Source: an uncultured bacterium
GTDB lineage: Bacteria > Verrucomicrobiota > Kiritimatiellia > RFP12 > UBA1067
DNA: 64,000 bases
Direction of reading: 5' to 3'
Assembly (NCBI GenBank): GCA_902776615.1
Contig: CACYQU010000003.1
Coordinates: 1,434 to 65,433, forward strand
Shown in pieces: positions 9,724 to 19,462 of the stretch. The notes below the pieces were generated by a model. That model was not told where the DNA came from and searched no databases. It saw nothing but the letters and a program-made list of their open reading frames with translations. Every line of letters begins with the position of its first letter. The stretch's first letter is position 1. The position numbers were made by a program, and so were the translations under genes.

Positions 9724-10614
9724 CTACCAGCTTAGCGCCGAAAGCGCGTCCGTCAGAAGATGCGCGGCGGAAGTGTCGCGCTCTTTTGCGGTGTTGGATC
9801 CGAGAACCACGACAACCGCGCGCGCCGCGCCGCGCTTGCCCGTAAGAACAATCGAACTTCCTCCAGCGTCGATGTAGCCGGTCTTGAGACCGTCGACGGC
9901 TTCGGAGCCGTCGGGGTTGATTACCTTCTGCTTGTTCTTCACCATGACATTGTTGTGGTTTACGAACGAAAGCTTCTGCCCGCGACCGTCGGTCACGGCG
10001 CCGATCTTGAGCGAGGTGTACTTGAACACCTGCGGTCTTTTGACCAGCTCCAGGGCGAGCTTGAGCTGGTCGCGGCAGCTTGTGACGTTGAACGACTTCC
10101 AGGGATATTTGCGAGTTCTCCCGTTCGCGTGGGAGACAGGCGGCAGCCCGTTCGGGTTATAGTACTTCGTGCGCGTCATGCCGAGCTCGGCTGCGCGCGA
10201 GTTCATCCTGGCGACGAAAGCGTCGAAGGACCCGGCGGAGTTGATCCCGAGCGCGACTGCGGCGTCGTTCGCGCTCTTGACCATCAATGCGGTAAGAAGA
10301 TCGTCGACCGAAATCTTTTCGCCCGGACGCAAATCCACCCAGCTCGGTTCGCTGAGGCGGGTCGCGTCTTCCGTGGCGACGACGCTGTCCGAAAGCGAGT
10401 ATTTGCCGGCCTCGACATCCTCCAACACGAGAAGAAGCGTCATAAGCTTGGTCACGCTCGCGGGATACGCCGGCGCGTCGGCGTTCTCCTCGAAGAGTAT
10501 GCGCCCGGTTTTCGCGTCGGCCGAAAGAGCCCCCACATACGGAGAGGCCCGGTAGCCCGCTAACGCTGCGACGGACAGCGCGGCGACTGCAGCAAAAAGA
10601 ACGGTCTTCTTCAT
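9724..10614 (-). CDS. D-alanyl-D-alanine carboxypeptidase (peptidase S11)
   Basis: Signal peptide, PASVTK (SxxK), SAN (SxN), KTG. Confidence 0.92.
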   Translation of the reverse strand: MKKTVLFAAVAALSVAALAGYRASPYVGALSADAKTGRILFEENADAPAYPASVTKLMTLLLVLEDVEAGKYSLSDSVVATEDATRLSEPSWVDLRPGEKISVDDLLTALMVKSANDAAVALGINSAGSFDAFVARMNSRAAELGMTRTKYYNPNGLPPVSHANGRTRKYPWKSFNVTSCRDQLKLALELVKRPQVFKYTSLKIGAVTDGRGQKLSFVNHNNVMVKNKQKVINPDGSEAVDGLKTGYIDAGGSSIVLTGKRGAARAVVVVLGSNTAKERDTSAAHLLTDALSALSW

Positions 10615-10621
10615 GCAAGGC

Positions 10622-11449
10622 CTACTTGAGAGTCGCCCGCGTCGCCTTTACTATCACCTTCCAAAGCGCGGCCTGATCCTGCGCGGCAAACGCCGCCTCG
10701 CGGTTCGCAGGCTTGTTGAAGGCCTGTGAAAGGGCGGACATCATCCGCAAATAGAACGCCGACACGGCTACGGGTATGGCGGAGAGGAACACTATGTTGA
10801 CCTTTGTTCCGGCCCAGTCGATGCCTTTGCGCGAGACTCCCATGGCAAGCGTAAGCGAGCCGCCTTCGACTCCGCGAACGTGGGGAAACGCCAGCCCCTC
10901 GCCCATTGCGGTGGAAAGCACGGCCTCGCGATCCATCGCGGCTGTCACAAGGCTGTCGGCGTTCGATATGAAGCGACCCTGCTCCATCGCATTGGCCAAC
11001 TTTGCGATCGCTTCTTCGCGCGAACAGTCGCCAAGATCGACAATCATGAGATTCTCGTCGCTGAAGCGGGCGATTCCGGTTTTCTGCTCGTCTCTGTCGC
11101 CCTTCTCGGCGACATTGCGCGCGGCATCGTCGCCATCGGCGAAAAGGATGCGCCCGCAGCTTGAGCACGTGACGAGATGCTGGCCGAGCTTCACCTGCTG
11201 GCCCTGGGCGATCGGAACCTGCATGCCGCATGCCGCGCAGCAGCCGTTGGACATCGCCGCCATCACGACATGTCCCTTCTTGTAGAGGCGGTCGTACACG
11301 CCCCTCACTTGCGGATTCAGCTGCGACTGAAGCTCGGCGATCTTGTCGCTCAAGTTGTCAAGCTGGCTTCCGTCGCCAGTCTGATGATGTTCGTCTCTGG
11401 TGAGAACAAGTTCCTGCAGCTTCCTGAGTGTATTGATCTGACTTTTCAT
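10622..11449 (-). CDS. Coiled-coil/C4 zinc-ribbon protein fused to a PTS EIIA (Ntr/Fru-type) domain
   Basis: CAAC...CSSCGRIL ribbon; DREAVLSTAMGEGLAFPH phospho-His motif. Confidence 0.82.
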   Translation of the reverse strand: MKSQINTLRKLQELVLTRDEHHQTGDGSQLDNLSDKIAELQSQLNPQVRGVYDRLYKKGHVVMAAMSNGCCAACGMQVPIAQGQQVKLGQHLVTCSSCGRILFADGDDAARNVAEKGDRDEQKTGIARFSDENLMIVDLGDCSREEAIAKLANAMEQGRFISNADSLVTAAMDREAVLSTAMGEGLAFPHVRGVEGGSLTLAMGVSRKGIDWAGTKVNIVFLSAIPVAVSAFYLRMMSALSQAFNKPANREAAFAAQDQAALWKVIVKATRATLK

Positions 11450-11467
11450 TTTCTGGCCTTGGGGTTT

Positions 11468-11848
11468 TCAGTGCTTTTCCGTAAAAATCCTGATCTTGTC
11501 CATCGTCTCCGCCGAAAGGATGTGCTCCATAAGGCACGCATCCCTGTCGGCCATGCGCTGGCCGACGCCAAGTTTCATGAGAAACGACGTGAGCAGTCTG
11601 TGGCGCGAAAGGACCGACTTGGCGACGCGCTTTCCCTTGGCGGTGAGATCGACGCCGCCGTAGGGCTCGTGCGTCACAAGGCCAAGCTTCATCAATTCGC
11701 GTATCGCCTTTACGACGCTCGGCATCGTAACCCCGAGCGACTTCGCTATGTCGCGCACCTGCGCGACGCGGTTTTCGGTTATGAGCCGGTATATTGTTTC
11801 AAGATAATCCTCGAGACTTTGCGTCATGGTCGCCTCCGTGCACGTCAC
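11468..11848 (-). CDS. DtxR/MntR-family metal-dependent transcriptional regulator
   Basis: SLEDYLETIY, DIAKSLGVTMPSV, RHRLL, ACLMEH. Start may be the ATG at 11827. Confidence 0.9.
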   Translation of the reverse strand: MTCTEATMTQSLEDYLETIYRLITENRVAQVRDIAKSLGVTMPSVVKAIRELMKLGLVTHEPYGGVDLTAKGKRVAKSVLSRHRLLTSFLMKLGVGQRMADRDACLMEHILSAETMDKIRIFTEKH

Positions 11849-12921
11849 TTGCCAAACGGACTCGTCTTCTTCATCAGATGGGAGAACTTCACCGCCTCGA
11901 TGGAATCTTCCAGCGCGATAGGGAAAGGCGCCGCCGTGCGAACGGTATCGTATACATGCTTCCAGAACGCTGAGATTCCGTGCATAGTGCCTTTCGGCAA
12001 CTGAAACGGAATGTCGACCACGTTGAACGACTCGTGGAGATCCTTTATCTCCGGGGTGCGAACCGAAGAGCGCCGGCGCGGGAAGGAGAAAGCCGGGTCT
12101 ATGACGGTGAGAGTACCCTCCGTCGCGCCGGGGCGCACCTTGAAAACGCCTCTGTCGCCGCGAATCTCGAACGACGGCCCCCTCTCGGGTTCAAGAACGC
12201 CGCCGTTGAATTCTATGTCGGCGGATACAGCCCCTCTGGTCTTTAGGCTGACGTGGACATAATCCTCGGCGTCGCCAAGAGAAGCAACGCGCTTCAGCTC
12301 GCTCCACATCTGTATCGGCTGCATCGGCAAAAGCCTAAGCGCCTGCAATATGAGATCAGGCATTGCATAGTAGGCGGCACCGCCGCCCATGCGTTTTACG
12401 GCCTGCCAGTCGTCGCGGCGAATGTAGTCTTCCCTGCGAACCTTTATCTGGTACAGTTCGCCCAGGCGGGAATCGGACATCGCGAGCTTCGCAAGCTGGA
12501 AGTCGGCGTCGAACAGGCCGCGATGCATCACTATGAGCCTGTTCTTGGCCTTCATCGCAGCGCCGCGCAATATCTGGGCGTCGTCGAACGTCAATGACAT
12601 CGGCGACTCCAGAAGCGTCCAGAACCCCTTGGAAAGGGATGCGAGCGCATGCTTGACATGGTCGTTCGAGCATGTGGCGATGTCCACCAAGTCTATGTCT
12701 CGCTCGTCAAGGAGGTCCTTGTACTGGCGAAACATGCGGCAGTTGGGGAAATCGACCGCGATTCTGTCGCGTCGCTCCTTCAGAAGGTCGCACGCGGCGA
12801 CGACTTTGAACATCGCCGGATGGGCCTTGAACACGGCATAGTGGTCTTCAAGCATCGCGCGCCCGAGACCTATGAGCGCGACCCGCACTGGCGGACGCTG
12901 GTAATCAACCTTGTTCGTCAT
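11845..12921 (-). CDS. Gfo/Idh/MocA-family oxidoreductase-like protein
   Basis: RVALIGLG, DIDLVDIAT..H, GGG. Start reassigned to MTNKVDY (ATGA overlap with nrdR). Confidence 0.8.
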   Translation of the reverse strand: MTNKVDYQRPPVRVALIGLGRAMLEDHYAVFKAHPAMFKVVAACDLLKERRDRIAVDFPNCRMFRQYKDLLDERDIDLVDIATCSNDHVKHALASLSKGFWTLLESPMSLTFDDAQILRGAAMKAKNRLIVMHRGLFDADFQLAKLAMSDSRLGELYQIKVRREDYIRRDDWQAVKRMGGGAAYYAMPDLILQALRLLPMQPIQMWSELKRVASLGDAEDYVHVSLKTRGAVSADIEFNGGVLEPERGPSFEIRGDRGVFKVRPGATEGTLTVIDPAFSFPRRRSSVRTPEIKDLHESFNVVDIPFQLPKGTMHGISAFWKHVYDTVRTAAPFPIALEDSIEAVKFSHLMKKTSPFGK

Positions 12922-13361
12922 TTCTTCACTATCTCCGTTATGGCCGACAGGAACTGGGCAACATCCGTAAACTGGCGGTAGACGCTTGCAAAGCGGATGT
13001 AGGCCACCTCGTCCACTTTGTGCAATTCGGCCATTACCAGTTCGGCTATCTTGTCTGCTGGAATCTCCTCTCCGTCGAGATTGGACACAACATTGTCTAT
13101 CATCGTGCGTATCTGGGCGTCGCTCACGGGCCGCTTTCCGCACGCGCGCCTTATGGACTTGTCGACCTTCGAGCGGTCGAAAGGCTGGCGCGAACCGTCT
13201 TTCTTCACGACCAGCACCTCGTCGCGGTCGATCTCTTCATATGTGGTGAAACGGTGGGCGCACTTCGTGCACTCGCGCCTGCGCCGTATCGCCGCACCGT
13301 CCCTGGCGCTGCGGGAATCGAGCACCTTGTCGTCGTCAGCTCCGCATTTTGGACACTTCAT
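12918..13361 (-). CDS. nrdR: Transcriptional repressor NrdR
   Basis: MKCPKC, DSR, IRRRRECTKC..RFTTYE, ATP cone, VAYIRFASVY. Confidence 0.96.
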   Translation of the reverse strand: MKCPKCGADDDKVLDSRSARDGAAIRRRRECTKCAHRFTTYEEIDRDEVLVVKKDGSRQPFDRSKVDKSIRRACGKRPVSDAQIRTMIDNVVSNLDGEEIPADKIAELVMAELHKVDEVAYIRFASVYRQFTDVAQFLSAITEIVKK

Positions 13362-14044
13362 CAAGGCTTCTTTCCATTTCCGCACATGGTGCAGTGGCGG
13401 CAATCTAGGTTTACGGGAAGCGGCGCGGGTGCGCCGCGGCGACGGGCGCTCCACTCGCCGATTCTGTTGATCAGCGCGAGAAGCAGCCCAAGCGTTATGA
13501 ATCCGCCGGCCGGCAGAATCGCGAGCGTGACTGGGCCGGGGTTGATGCCCTTTACGGCGATGTCGCCCCACACCGTCAGCGTACCGGCGCCGACAATCTC
13601 GCGCACGGACGCTATCAGCGCGAGCGCGAGCGTGAAGCCCACCCCGCTGCCAAGGCCGTCGGCAAGAGAGTCGATGACGCCGTTCTTGGACGCGAACGCC
13701 TCGGCGCGGCCGAGGATGATGCAGTTGACGACAATCAACGGTATGAAGATGCCGAGCGAGGCGGAAAGATCGGGCAGGTACGCCTGCATGAGAAGGTCGA
13801 TCGCCGTCACGAACGTTGCGATGATCACGATGTAGCACGGTATGTGCACGGCCGCCGGAATGACCTTGCGCAAGGCCGATACCAGGCCGTTCGAGCATAT
13901 CAGCACGAATGTCGCCGCCATACCCATGCCAAGCGCATTCTCAAGACTGGTCGTAACAGCCAATGTCGGGCACATCCCAAGCACCAACCTGAAGATCGGG
14001 TTGTTGCGGAAAATTCCATACCAAAAAGCAAGCCAAGTTTTCAT
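13361..14044 (-). CDS. rnfE: Rnf electron transport complex subunit E
   Basis: NPIFRLVLGMCPTLAVTT, FIPLIVVNCIILGRAEAFA, LPAGGF. Confidence 0.92.
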   Translation of the reverse strand: MKTWLAFWYGIFRNNPIFRLVLGMCPTLAVTTSLENALGMGMAATFVLICSNGLVSALRKVIPAAVHIPCYIVIIATFVTAIDLLMQAYLPDLSASLGIFIPLIVVNCIILGRAEAFASKNGVIDSLADGLGSGVGFTLALALIASVREIVGAGTLTVWGDIAVKGINPGPVTLAILPAGGFITLGLLLALINRIGEWSARRRGAPAPLPVNLDCRHCTMCGNGKKP

Positions 14045-14088
14045 AACGAGGCAATTATACAATATATAGAGCGGAAAAGCAAGTGCCC

Positions 14089-15621
14089 TCAGAAAAAAAG
14101 ATCGCGCTCGCCGCGGCACGTCGCTTCGTACTGTTTCATCACCGTGGGATAGAACTTCGGCAGCCACTCCTTGATGCCGGCGAGTTCCTTTTCGATAAGG
14201 CGTTCGCCTATCGCCCGCGTTTCGTCGCTCGCGAAGTCGTCCAGCCACTCGCGGAACGTAAGCACCGCGTTGATCTTGCAGAACTTGCCCTCGCGGCCGG
14301 TCTTCAGCGCGTCCATGATGCAGCCTCCCGTTCGACCGCAGCGGTAGCCGGCCGTGCAGAACGAGGTGATCGTGCCGCGCGACGCGAGATACCTCACCAT
14401 CTCGTCGATCGACCTGTTGTCGCCGAGCATGAACTGCTGGCGCTCCTTTTCCTGGTGGGCCTCGTTCGCAAAATCGCTGTAGCCCTTGATCGCGATGTTC
14501 GACGAGCAGTCGAGCTGGGTCATGCCGTGGTCAAGCACGCGGTTGCGGCTCGCCGGCGACTCGCGAGCCGTCACGATCATGCCGGTGTAGGGAACGGAAA
14601 GGCGCGCGATTACGAGGATGCGCGCGAAAGTATCGTCGTCGATCAGCCAAGGCGACTCCTCGGGCACGCGCGTGCCGCTCGCAGGCTCGAGACGGGGAAA
14701 CGACAGCGTGTGCGGACCGATGTTGAACCACCGTTCGAGGTCGCGCGCATGCATTACCGTCGCAAGAAGCTCGAAACGCCAGTCGCAAAGTCCATAGAGA
14801 ACGCCCAGACCCACATCGTCAACCCCCGCTTCGAGACAGCGGTGGAAGCATGTCGTGCGCCAGTCGTAGTTGCCCTTCACGCTCCAGGCCGGATGCATCT
14901 GCTCGTACAGCTTGCGGTTGTACGTCTCCTGGAAAACCTGGAACGTGCCGATGCCGACCTTCTTCAGAACCTTGAGATCCTCCACCGGAAGCGGCGCGGC
15001 GTTCACGTTCACGCGGCGAATCCCCACAGGCGCGCCGGTGCGCGGCGCCTTCACCTGACGCGCGTAGCAAGTCTCGATCGTCTCGGCGATGTATTCGGTG
15101 GATGTCGAGGGGTGCTCGCCATAGACGGCTATGAGACGCTTGTGGCCTATGCGCCCCGCGAGAACGTCGATCTCCTCCTTCAGTTCGTCCATGGTCAGCA
15201 CGCGGCGCTTCTGAAGCGAGTTGCCTTCGCGGAAGCCACAGTACCTGCAGCCGTTCACGCAGAGGTTCGACATGTACAGCGGCGCAAACATCACAATACG
15301 GTTGTCGTAGACCTTGTGCTTTATACGGTCTGCCGCGGCTCGCATCTCCTCGAAGAGCGCAGGGTCTTCGACCTGCATGAGCACGGCAGTCTCTTCCGGC
15401 TCGAGCGTTTCGCAGGTGGATTCGCTCTTGGCTATTATCTCGCGCACGCGAACCGGATCGGCCGGCTTGCCGTCTATGCCGGCGATGATCCTCTCTATGC
15501 GCTCCTCGTCGATGAAATGCCGTCCGCCGGGGAGATATTTGTCGATCTCCTCCTGTACTATGAACCGCTTTGTGTAATCGGCCGCGTCCGTGAACTTGCG
15601 TATGCTTGATGTGTCAGCCAT
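14089..15621 (-). CDS. hydG: [FeFe]-hydrogenase H-cluster radical SAM maturase HydG
   Basis: FAPLYMSNLCVNGCRYC, GEHP, FQETY, GPHTLSFPR, C-terminal CX5CX19C cluster motif (distinguishes it from ThiH). Confidence 0.92.
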   Translation of the reverse strand: MADTSSIRKFTDAADYTKRFIVQEEIDKYLPGGRHFIDEERIERIIAGIDGKPADPVRVREIIAKSESTCETLEPEETAVLMQVEDPALFEEMRAAADRIKHKVYDNRIVMFAPLYMSNLCVNGCRYCGFREGNSLQKRRVLTMDELKEEIDVLAGRIGHKRLIAVYGEHPSTSTEYIAETIETCYARQVKAPRTGAPVGIRRVNVNAAPLPVEDLKVLKKVGIGTFQVFQETYNRKLYEQMHPAWSVKGNYDWRTTCFHRCLEAGVDDVGLGVLYGLCDWRFELLATVMHARDLERWFNIGPHTLSFPRLEPASGTRVPEESPWLIDDDTFARILVIARLSVPYTGMIVTARESPASRNRVLDHGMTQLDCSSNIAIKGYSDFANEAHQEKERQQFMLGDNRSIDEMVRYLASRGTITSFCTAGYRCGRTGGCIMDALKTGREGKFCKINAVLTFREWLDDFASDETRAIGERLIEKELAGIKEWLPKFYPTVMKQYEATCRGERDLFF

Positions 15622-15653
15622 AAAAGGCAATCTCCATTTCCATTAAAAGGACA

Positions 15654-16883
15654 TTATACCGCTTTTCCGTCCTGCGAGCCGACATGCGGTATGGGTTTCC
15701 ACCGGCGCGTGGGCAGCACGAGCGTGTACAGCACCGCGGCGGACAGTACGAGCGAAAAAACCGGAAACGTCAAGATGGCGATCCAGCGCGGGCGTCGCTT
15801 CCTCTGCGAAAGGGCCGTAGCCGCCAGCGCGGTAAACCAGCCCATCACGCAGACGAATGCAAGAACGCCGAAAAAGAACGTATACGCCCTGCTTCCGGCC
15901 GCTCCGCAGCAAAGCTTGGCGATGAAAGTTATGACGTTGAAAAGAAGAACGAACGCGACCGACATGCCCGTCAGTATTGCGAAATATATGTCGAACAGCC
16001 TGAGCGACGGGTGTTTGGCAAGCGCACAGATCCACGGCAGCATGTAAAGCCGGGCCACCTGCCAGCCGCCCGTGGCCCACCGCCGCAGCTGGCGCCACAT
16101 GTATCTTGCGGCAACAGGCTGCTCGTCGGCATAGTCCGCTTCAGGCACGTACGCTATTCGACGGCCGACGATGTTGCACTGCACAGTGAACTCGACATCC
16201 TCCACCATGGTTCTGGTCTTCCAGCCGTCAGGCCCGAGCGCGGAAACGAGGAACGCGAAACCGGTGCCTGTCAGCTTTGCGGAAAGCCCCAGGTTGGTAC
16301 GCACCCTGTTCGAAAGCTCGTTCATGATGTTCCAATACACGGTGTACCAGCCTGCGATCGAATTGGCCTTTGCGTTTGACGAATGGCGGCGCCCGGTCAC
16401 GACGCATTCGCCGTCCTGAAGCGCGTCGTTGACCGTGTCCAGCCAATTGTCGGCTACGATGTTGTCGGAATCGAACACCGCAATCGCGTCGAAACCGCCG
16501 TGGGCGAGCACGCGCTCCACGCCCCACGCGAGAACGTCGCCCTTTCCGCCGCTCGGGGTTTTCTTCTCCCAAACCGTCGCTCCAGCCGCCCAGGCGCACT
16601 CTGCCGTTCGGTCTGTGCAGTTGTCGGCCAGCACGATCACTTCGCGGCGGTCGGCGGGGTATTTGCCCATCGCGATGCTTTTCACCGGCATGCGTATCAC
16701 CGCCTCTTCGTTCCTCGCGCATATCAAGACGGCGAAGCGCATCTTCCTCTGCGCGGCAGGATGGCGGCGCGGACTTTTCAAAAGGCCCAGCAGCACTATA
16801 AGCGTGGACCACAGGAAGACGCAGCTCAACAGGCAGCAAACCAGGTCGAGCGTCAGCACAAACGTCGGATTGTTCACCTCCAC
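15654..16883 (-). CDS. Membrane glycosyltransferase family 2 (cellulose synthase-like superfamily)
   Basis: CARNEE, DNCTD, FDSD, VED, QLRRW (D,D,D,QxxRW) plus TM helices. Confidence 0.9.
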   Translation of the reverse strand: MEVNNPTFVLTLDLVCCLLSCVFLWSTLIVLLGLLKSPRRHPAAQRKMRFAVLICARNEEAVIRMPVKSIAMGKYPADRREVIVLADNCTDRTAECAWAAGATVWEKKTPSGGKGDVLAWGVERVLAHGGFDAIAVFDSDNIVADNWLDTVNDALQDGECVVTGRRHSSNAKANSIAGWYTVYWNIMNELSNRVRTNLGLSAKLTGTGFAFLVSALGPDGWKTRTMVEDVEFTVQCNIVGRRIAYVPEADYADEQPVAARYMWRQLRRWATGGWQVARLYMLPWICALAKHPSLRLFDIYFAILTGMSVAFVLLFNVITFIAKLCCGAAGSRAYTFFFGVLAFVCVMGWFTALAATALSQRKRRPRWIAILTFPVFSLVLSAAVLYTLVLPTRRWKPIPHVGSQDGKAV

Positions 16884-17689
16884 CTCCTATGTGCCCAAAG
16901 ATACTGCTCGGGGTACTTGCGTATCGCCTCGCCTAGACGGTCGTTGAGGATCTGCGTGCACTTCGCGAGGTCGTCGCCGCGCGAAAACCTCAGAGGCGCG
17001 CCGCCGACCAGTCTGTAGCGGTATGGCGCGACCCTCACGAACGATCCCACTACGACAGGGTAGCCGGTTCTCATGGCGAGGCGCGTGACGGATGTGAACG
17101 TCTTCGCCGGGCGCCCCAGAAACTCGAGCTTCAAGCCGCCGCTCGTGTGCTGATCCATGAGAATCGTCATCGCCGCGCGCTCGTCCTTCCACTGGCGCAT
17201 GATTTCCGGCGTGAAGCCGTTCTTCTTGTCAATCACCGTAACAGGTCCGCGGAAGTGGTGGTTCTTCATCCACTTCGCGACCAGCTTGTTGTTCATCACC
17301 CGCGCGATTGCTATCATCGGGCGCGCGAAGGAGATTACGTTCGTCGCAGCCTCCCACACGCCATGATGCGCACTCGCAAGTATTATTGGAGTGTCTGGCG
17401 ATTCCAAGAGCAGCTTCACGGCTTCCGGCGACGCCTCGGTTTCAACATCCAGATGCTCGCGCCAGTTTTCCGCGTTCACTACGCATGGCACGCAAAGCGC
17501 CTCGCATACATGGCCGGCAAGATGGCAGAACGATTTCCTGGCGATGCGTCGAGCCTCTTTCGGGTCTGTCGCCACGCCGCACTTGAGCACATTCTCCACC
17601 GCAATCCTGCGGCGCTTCGGCATCACCGCCCACACCAGCGCGGCGAAACCGGCTCCAAAGTCATATGCATGGCGATGCAAGAAGTTCAT
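16874..17689 (-). CDS. Lipid A lauroyl/lysophospholipid acyltransferase (LpxL/HtrB family)
   Basis: SAHHGVWE, ILMDQ, FLG, PEQYLWAHRRWR. Confidence 0.9.
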   Translation of the reverse strand: MNFLHRHAYDFGAGFAALVWAVMPKRRRIAVENVLKCGVATDPKEARRIARKSFCHLAGHVCEALCVPCVVNAENWREHLDVETEASPEAVKLLLESPDTPIILASAHHGVWEAATNVISFARPMIAIARVMNNKLVAKWMKNHHFRGPVTVIDKKNGFTPEIMRQWKDERAAMTILMDQHTSGGLKLEFLGRPAKTFTSVTRLAMRTGYPVVVGSFVRVAPYRYRLVGGAPLRFSRGDDLAKCTQILNDRLGEAIRKYPEQYLWAHRRWR

Positions 17690-17706
17690 GCGGAAACCGC
17701 TCGGCG

Positions 17707-18990
17707 CTACAAAAACCTTATTGTTGCGGCGCGACCGTGTCCGTCAAGACCCTCGACGGACGCAAACGCCTCGATCGCTCCGCGCGTCTCGCGCAGATCG
17801 CCTTCTGTGAAGGCCACGAAACTGTGGCGACGGCGGAAGTCGTCCGGCGTGAGGCCGCTGAACATGTTCGCGGCGCCGCCCGTGGGCAGCACGTGGCTTG
17901 GCCCAGCGACAAAATCGCCGACGGATTCCGGCGTCCACGGTCCGACGAAGACGGCACCGGCCGAGCGCACTCCCTTCATAAGGCGGGCGGCGTTCTTCGT
18001 CATTATCTCGAAATGCTCCGGGGCAAAGCGGTTCACGACTTCAAGCCCCTCGTCGAGGTTCTTGGCGACCACTATCAAAATTCCGTTGCGGTCGATCACA
18101 CGCTGCACGAGGGCCTTTCGCGAAAGGGTTTCGGTCTGGCGAAGAACCTCGGCTTTGATTTCCGCGGCCAGTCTGCGCGATGTGCAGACGCAAAGCGACT
18201 TCTCCCAGCCGCTCCCGTGCTCCGCCTGCGAAAGAAGGTCCGCCGCGATCCAGCGAACGTCCACCGAGCCGTCGGTCAATACGGCGATCTCGCTCGGCCC
18301 TGCGACCTGATCTATCGCCACGTATCCGTAGACCTGCCTCTTCGCGGCCGTGACAAACGCATTTCCCGGCCCGGCGATTTTCTGCACCTTGCGGCACGTT
18401 TTAGTGCCGAACGCCATCATGCCAATCGCCTGTATGCCGCCTACGCGGTACACTTCTGTCGCGCCTGCAAGACCGAGCGCATAGAGCAGAACGGGGTTCA
18501 CCTCGCCGGTCTTGCCGGCCGGAGTGCAGGCGACGATTTCCTTCACTCCCGCGGCTTTGGCGAGAGTGACTGTCATTATGGAAGTCGACGCGAGCGGCGC
18601 GGTTCCTCCGGGCACATATACGCCAACGCGATCCATGGGAGAGAAGAACTCGCCGGCCGAGCCGCCGCGGGGCGTCTTCATCGACCACGGCTTTCTGAGC
18701 GACGCCGCCGAGAACTTCCTCACTCGCCTGTGGGCGTCTTCCACGGCGCGGCGTATCGCCGGAGGAACTTTCGCGGCAGCGGCCGCCATCTCGCCGTCGC
18801 CAACCCTGAAGCGCTTCGCCGGAAGCTTCGCCCCCTCGAACTTCGCCACATACTTCGCAACCGCAGCATCGCCGCCCTTGCGAATTGCAGCGAGAACCTC
18901 TGCGGCCGCCTTCTCCGCTTCTTCAGGAAAAGCCGGCCGCGCGCCGAAGCGCTCGACGGCCGGGCTTGCGGAATCTACGATGTGTATCAT
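17707..18990 (-). CDS. hisD: Histidinol dehydrogenase
   Basis: VGVYVPGG, GGIQAI, GPGNAFV, AGPSE, QAEH, APEH, GPSHVLPT. Confidence 0.96.
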   Translation of the reverse strand: MIHIVDSASPAVERFGARPAFPEEAEKAAAEVLAAIRKGGDAAVAKYVAKFEGAKLPAKRFRVGDGEMAAAAAKVPPAIRRAVEDAHRRVRKFSAASLRKPWSMKTPRGGSAGEFFSPMDRVGVYVPGGTAPLASTSIMTVTLAKAAGVKEIVACTPAGKTGEVNPVLLYALGLAGATEVYRVGGIQAIGMMAFGTKTCRKVQKIAGPGNAFVTAAKRQVYGYVAIDQVAGPSEIAVLTDGSVDVRWIAADLLSQAEHGSGWEKSLCVCTSRRLAAEIKAEVLRQTETLSRKALVQRVIDRNGILIVVAKNLDEGLEVVNRFAPEHFEIMTKNAARLMKGVRSAGAVFVGPWTPESVGDFVAGPSHVLPTGGAANMFSGLTPDDFRRRHSFVAFTEGDLRETRGAIEAFASVEGLDGHGRAATIRFL

Positions 18991-18993
18991 GGC

Positions 18994-19458
18994 CTACTTT
19001 TCGCCGAGCATGCATTTGACCGTGCAGTCGCATGCAAGCTGCCCGTTGACATAGCCCTTGAGCCCGAACACGCCGAGCTTGGAGCGTATTTTTACGTTCT
19101 CGACTACGGTGGTCATCTTGTCCCCCGGACGCACCGGGCTGCGGAAACGCGCGTTCTCGACCGCCGCCAGAACGAACACGGGCTCTTTGTCGGGATCGGC
19201 CGCAAGCGCCCCGCGCGCGACGATTCCGGCGCCTGCCACCTGCGCCATCGACTCCACGAGCACCACTCCGGGCACTATCGGATTACCGGGGAAATGGCCC
19301 TTGAAGAAATCGTTCTTCTCCTCCGTATACGTATATTCGCCAACGGCGCCGGTCTCGTCGGCCGAAAGCAGCGTATCGACGAAGAGGAACGGCGGTCGGT
19401 GCGGCAGAAGCTCGACGCCGGGTTTGTTGTACACATTCTTGAAAACAGGGAATTCCAT
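18994..19458 (-). CDS. fabZ: 3-hydroxyacyl-ACP dehydratase
   Basis: LPHRPPFLFVD, FFKGHFPGNPIVPGVVLVESMAQ. Start reassigned to MEFPV. Confidence 0.93.
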   Translation of the reverse strand: MEFPVFKNVYNKPGVELLPHRPPFLFVDTLLSADETGAVGEYTYTEEKNDFFKGHFPGNPIVPGVVLVESMAQVAGAGIVARGALAADPDKEPVFVLAAVENARFRSPVRPGDKMTTVVENVKIRSKLGVFGLKGYVNGQLACDCTVKCMLGEK

Positions 19459-19462
19459 TGCA

